From Octopus sinensis (taxonomy: Eukaryota), in the NCBI RefSeq assembly GCF_006345805.1, contig NW_021826917.1, forward strand, positions 1 to 11,514: DNA of 11,514 nt, given 5' to 3'. Made by a program: the position numbers and the translations under genes. The notes beneath the pieces are model-generated. The model ran no database searches, was not told where the DNA came from, and saw only the letters and a program-made list of their open reading frames with translations. Below, one piece after another: positions 8,801 through 11,514 of this stretch. Each line of letters opens with the position of its first letter. Position 1 is the first letter of the stretch.

Positions 8801-9473
8801 ATTCAACTACCGTAGTAATTGAATAATATTCTTAAGACCACAATTTGCTCACACGCAGCATCTTTCAGAGCTTGTCGCTAATTCAGTTCTTAACCAAATG
8901 GACAATCATTAGCTACATTTTGGCATTAAAAAAAATTGAGATTTTGACCAGTAGAAAAAAGTTTACATCAAAATTTGTAGCAACGTTATAGGAAAGTTAG
9001 TAACACCTCCAATCAAGTTTAGATCTAAATAACATTTTTTATTTTGAAAGCAAAATATATTGATCATAGTTTCAATGATAGAAGAAAGCATAAGGAATTC
9101 CAGTTTTGGTGCCATGCCAAAAAAACTTGTATTAGAATTTTTATGAGGTAAAATATCATGAAAAGAATATAAGGCAAGAAATTTGATTTAAGTATAATTA
9201 ACTTTTTTATTTTAAAATGATAGAGCTCAATTCGAGGAATTTCATGGCATCAATCTCATGCAATGAAGTTTTTAAAGAAACAAGTTATGAATGTTTATTT
9301 CTCAAATTTGAAGGTGATAATACAGTTCTATACTTTTTTGTGAATATTATTCTAGGGGACTTTTAATATATGTCACCGGCATCATTGAGGTAACGAAAAA
9401 ATTATCAGCGTCACCACTAATTGACACATTATTAATTAACATAATATTATAGCCTGCAAAAAACATGGATTAC

Positions 9474-10362
9474 ATGGAAAAATGCGAGCAAGCGAAATAA
9501 TATTCTTAACATTATAAATCGGGAAAACTACAGGACAAGTTATTACACTTGGAAAAGTTTAGGACAAATTATTACATTTGGTAAAGTACAGAACAAGAAA
9601 GTTTTTGCTTAAAATATTGCAGCTAAGGATAAAATTTGAATATTAAAACTTATTTACAAAGTAACATTATATTTAAGAAAAGAGATACCATCATTTTGAC
9701 ACACTAGAATACTTAAAAAATGAGAGCCAGAAGTACTAATATAGCTAAAGTTTTATGCAAAGTAGAATAATGTATATGGTAGGCAAATTCATTATGTAAA
9801 AAATAGGCATTGAGTTAAGACTAAAAATGTGAAGACTTGGAAATAACTTAGGCAATAACTCAAACAAATTTTACTGTGAATTTATTGTTATAGGTAGATT
9901 TAACTGTAATATATAAGTAATTTTTGTAGTATTCTATTTATTGCACTAAATAATTATGATCTACTATTATTTTTTATATCCTATTTTCAAATTTATAATT
10001 ATTAATTAATGATTAAAAAGGTGATTTTTTTTAAAGTGCTAAAAATATTTTATTTCAGTTATCTTTTATTTTTAATAGAAGTAACAAGTAATAGAAGTAA
10101 CAAGTAATAGAAGTAACAAGCAATAACAAATAGAAGTAATAACTTATAATAAAATTCTTAGTTTTAATAAAAGCTAATATTTTCTAAATCTAAATATTTT
10201 ATTTGAAATTTTATCCTTAGCTGCAATATTTTAAGTATAAATTTTCTTACTCTGTACTTTACCAGATGCAATAATGTCCTGTACTTTTTCAAGTGCAATA
10301 ACTTGTCCTGTACTTTTTCCAGATTTATAATCTTAATAATATTATATCTCGCATTTTTCCAT
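9474..10362. mobile_element. Non-autonomous foldback/MITE-like DNA element, ~890 bp, with ~165-bp imperfect inverted repeats built from ~28-bp subrepeats
   Basis: 9474-9640 (ATGGAAAAATGCGAG...CTTAAAATATTGCAGCTAAGGATAAAATTT) is the approximate reverse complement of 10200-10362 (roughly 80% by eye). Each arm holds ~2.5 copies of GAAAAAGTACAGGACAAGTTATTGCACTT. The interior is AT-rich and non-coding. No TSD is resolved. Confidence 0.8.
10073..10120. repeat. Three perfect tandem copies of 16-bp TAATAGAAGTAACAAG, with a degenerate extension to ~10143
   Basis: Units at 10073, 10089 and 10105. Confidence 0.95.
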
Positions 10363-10370
10363 TTTTTCAT

Positions 10371-10557
10371 GCAATGGCCCAGTGGCAATGGCAGCGGACT
10401 CGCGGTTTCAATTCCCAGACCGGGCGCTGTGTTTATTGAGCCAAAACATCTAAAGCTCCACGAGCTCTCCGGCAGGGGGTGGGGTGGAGATCCTTGCTGT
10501 ACTCTTTCGCCACAACTTTCTCTCACTCTTTCTTCTGCTTGCCTGCTCGCTTAGCCA
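10371..10557 (+). mobile_element. Truncated tRNA(Arg)-derived SINE sharing the head of 523-910
   Basis: GCAATGGCCCAGTGG...GGACTCGCGG...ATTCCCAGACCGGGCG...CTAAAGCTCCACG...TGCTGTACTCTTTCGCCACAACTTTCTCTCACTCTT aligns to the reverse complement of ~727-902; it diverges after ~10535. Confidence 0.9.
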
Positions 10558-10863
10558 TTTACTCAGCGTTTGACTGTTACATATGAAAGAGCATTGTCTG
10601 TTAAGGTTCTCACCATATCTCCATGGATTTCTGATGGAGTCATGCCTTTCAAATGAAGGTACATTATTACAGCGCAAAACTCAGTTTCCTACATTTTCCT
10701 TGTAATCTCAACACTTGTTTATTCAAAAATCTGCAACAAAAGAAATTAAAATATTAGAATCATGAAAATGAGCAAGAATACTCCGAAAAGACTGTACTTA
10801 CCAGAAAAGATAGCTAGCAGCCCCGTTTCTAAATTAGGCTCAAAACTTTTCATACACCCCTCG
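10557..10863 (-). mobile_element. 5' end of a second mariner (irritans/Hsmar2-like): TIR, 5'UTR and first ~46 codons of transposase, TA at 10864-10865
   Basis: Minus strand TA-CGAGGGGTGTATGAAAAGTTTTGAGCCT is a typical mariner TIR. ATG at 10694 gives M*ETEFCAVIMYLHLKGMTPSEIHGDMVRTLTDNALSYVTVKR*VN, similar to the mariner N-terminal HTH (RAVIKYLxLKGxTPxEIHxDM...APSYxTVKxW). Two in-frame stops. Confidence 0.9.
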
Positions 10864-11097
10864 TAATATATGCATATAGATATTTCATATTGAAGTTTTA
10901 ATTCAAAGTTTATCTGGGTTTTTTTTTATCAAACTTCTATATTTTCGTTTGGAGGAATAAGTTTCCCTGACTCTTCTTTATCAATATTTTCAGACTATCT
11001 CAAGTTCCTCTTCAGGATAAGGATTATTGTTGACTTCTCTATTTTTCCTTTAATAATGGACATTTAATGTTTATACGAACCAATGCAGTGGGTTAGA

Positions 11098-11261
11098 ATT
11101 TTGTCCTTCTTTACGTTCTGAGTTCAAATTCCGCCGAGGTTCAATTTGCCTTTCTCCATCCAGAGTCAGTCAAATAGGTACCAGTTTAACACTGCGGTCG
11201 ATGTAATCGACTAGTCACCTCACCCGAACTTGGCAGCCTTGAACCAAAATTTGAAATCAAT
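11098..11261 (+). mobile_element. 5'-truncated diverged SINE (third family head/core, alternative tail)
   Basis: TTACGTTCTGAGTTCAAATTCCGCCGAGGT...GTACCAGTT..ACTGCGGTCGATGTAATCGACT is shared with 11341-11443. It then has a different tail, CCTCACCCGAACTTGGCAGCCTTGAACCAAAATTTGAAATCAAT. Confidence 0.85.
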
Positions 11262-11274
11262 ATTTATACTGACC

Positions 11275-11508
11275 AAGGCGGTGAGCTGGCAGAAACGTTA
11301 GCACGCCGGGCGAAATGCTTAGCAGTATCTCGTCTGCCGCTACGTTCTCAGTTCAAATTCCGCCGAGGTCGACTTTGCCTTTCATCCTCTCGGGGTCGAT
11401 AAATTAACTACCAGTTACGCAATGGGGTCGATGTAATTGACTTAATCCGTTTGTCTGTCCTTGTTTGTCCTCTCTGTGTTTAGCCCCTTGTGGGTAGTTG
11501 AAGAAATA
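11275..11508 (+). mobile_element. Full-length tRNA-derived SINE (third family), same tail type as 5824-6058
   Basis: AAGGCGGTGAGCTGGCAGAAACGTTAGC..., B box GTTCAAATTCC (11351-11361), tail ...GTGGGTAGTTGAAGAAATA followed by GGTATT at the window edge. Confidence 0.93.
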
Positions 11509-11514
11509 GGTATT

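Noticed and set aside
1495-8802. Many supplied ORFs with poly-YI, CV, HT, V, T, D, M or LSIY
   Set aside because: Translations of microsatellites that lack stop codons; no domain content.
10073-10143. CRISPR-like or functional array
   Set aside because: Perfect head-to-tail 16-mers without spacers; an ordinary minisatellite.
4975-10863. The two mariner pieces as halves of one element
   Set aside because: Both encode the N-terminal HTH region with clearly different sequences, so they are separate families.

Overview
AT-rich, microsatellite-dense eukaryotic non-coding DNA (intron or intergenic). The SINE families and repeat style point to an octopus or other coleoid cephalopod genome; this is recognition from memory, not a database result. 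No intact host gene is visible. The window is a layered transposon graveyard. It holds two different decayed restriction-like-endonuclease (REL) non-LTR retrotransposon fragments (1-1010 and ~1011-1445) and seven tRNA-derived SINE copies from three head families, two of them nested with clear target-site duplications. It also holds two unrelated mariner remnants (one with a TIR and an apparent 71-nt 5'UTR intron), a ~890-bp foldback/MITE with modular long TIRs and a probable Penelope-like terminal repeat with a decayed hammerhead. The most interesting signals are evidence for SINE self-targeting at GGTATT, a hairpin-dense 185-bp unexplained segment (4790-4973) and the mariner 5'UTR intron. Almost all supplied ORFs are microsatellite artefacts.
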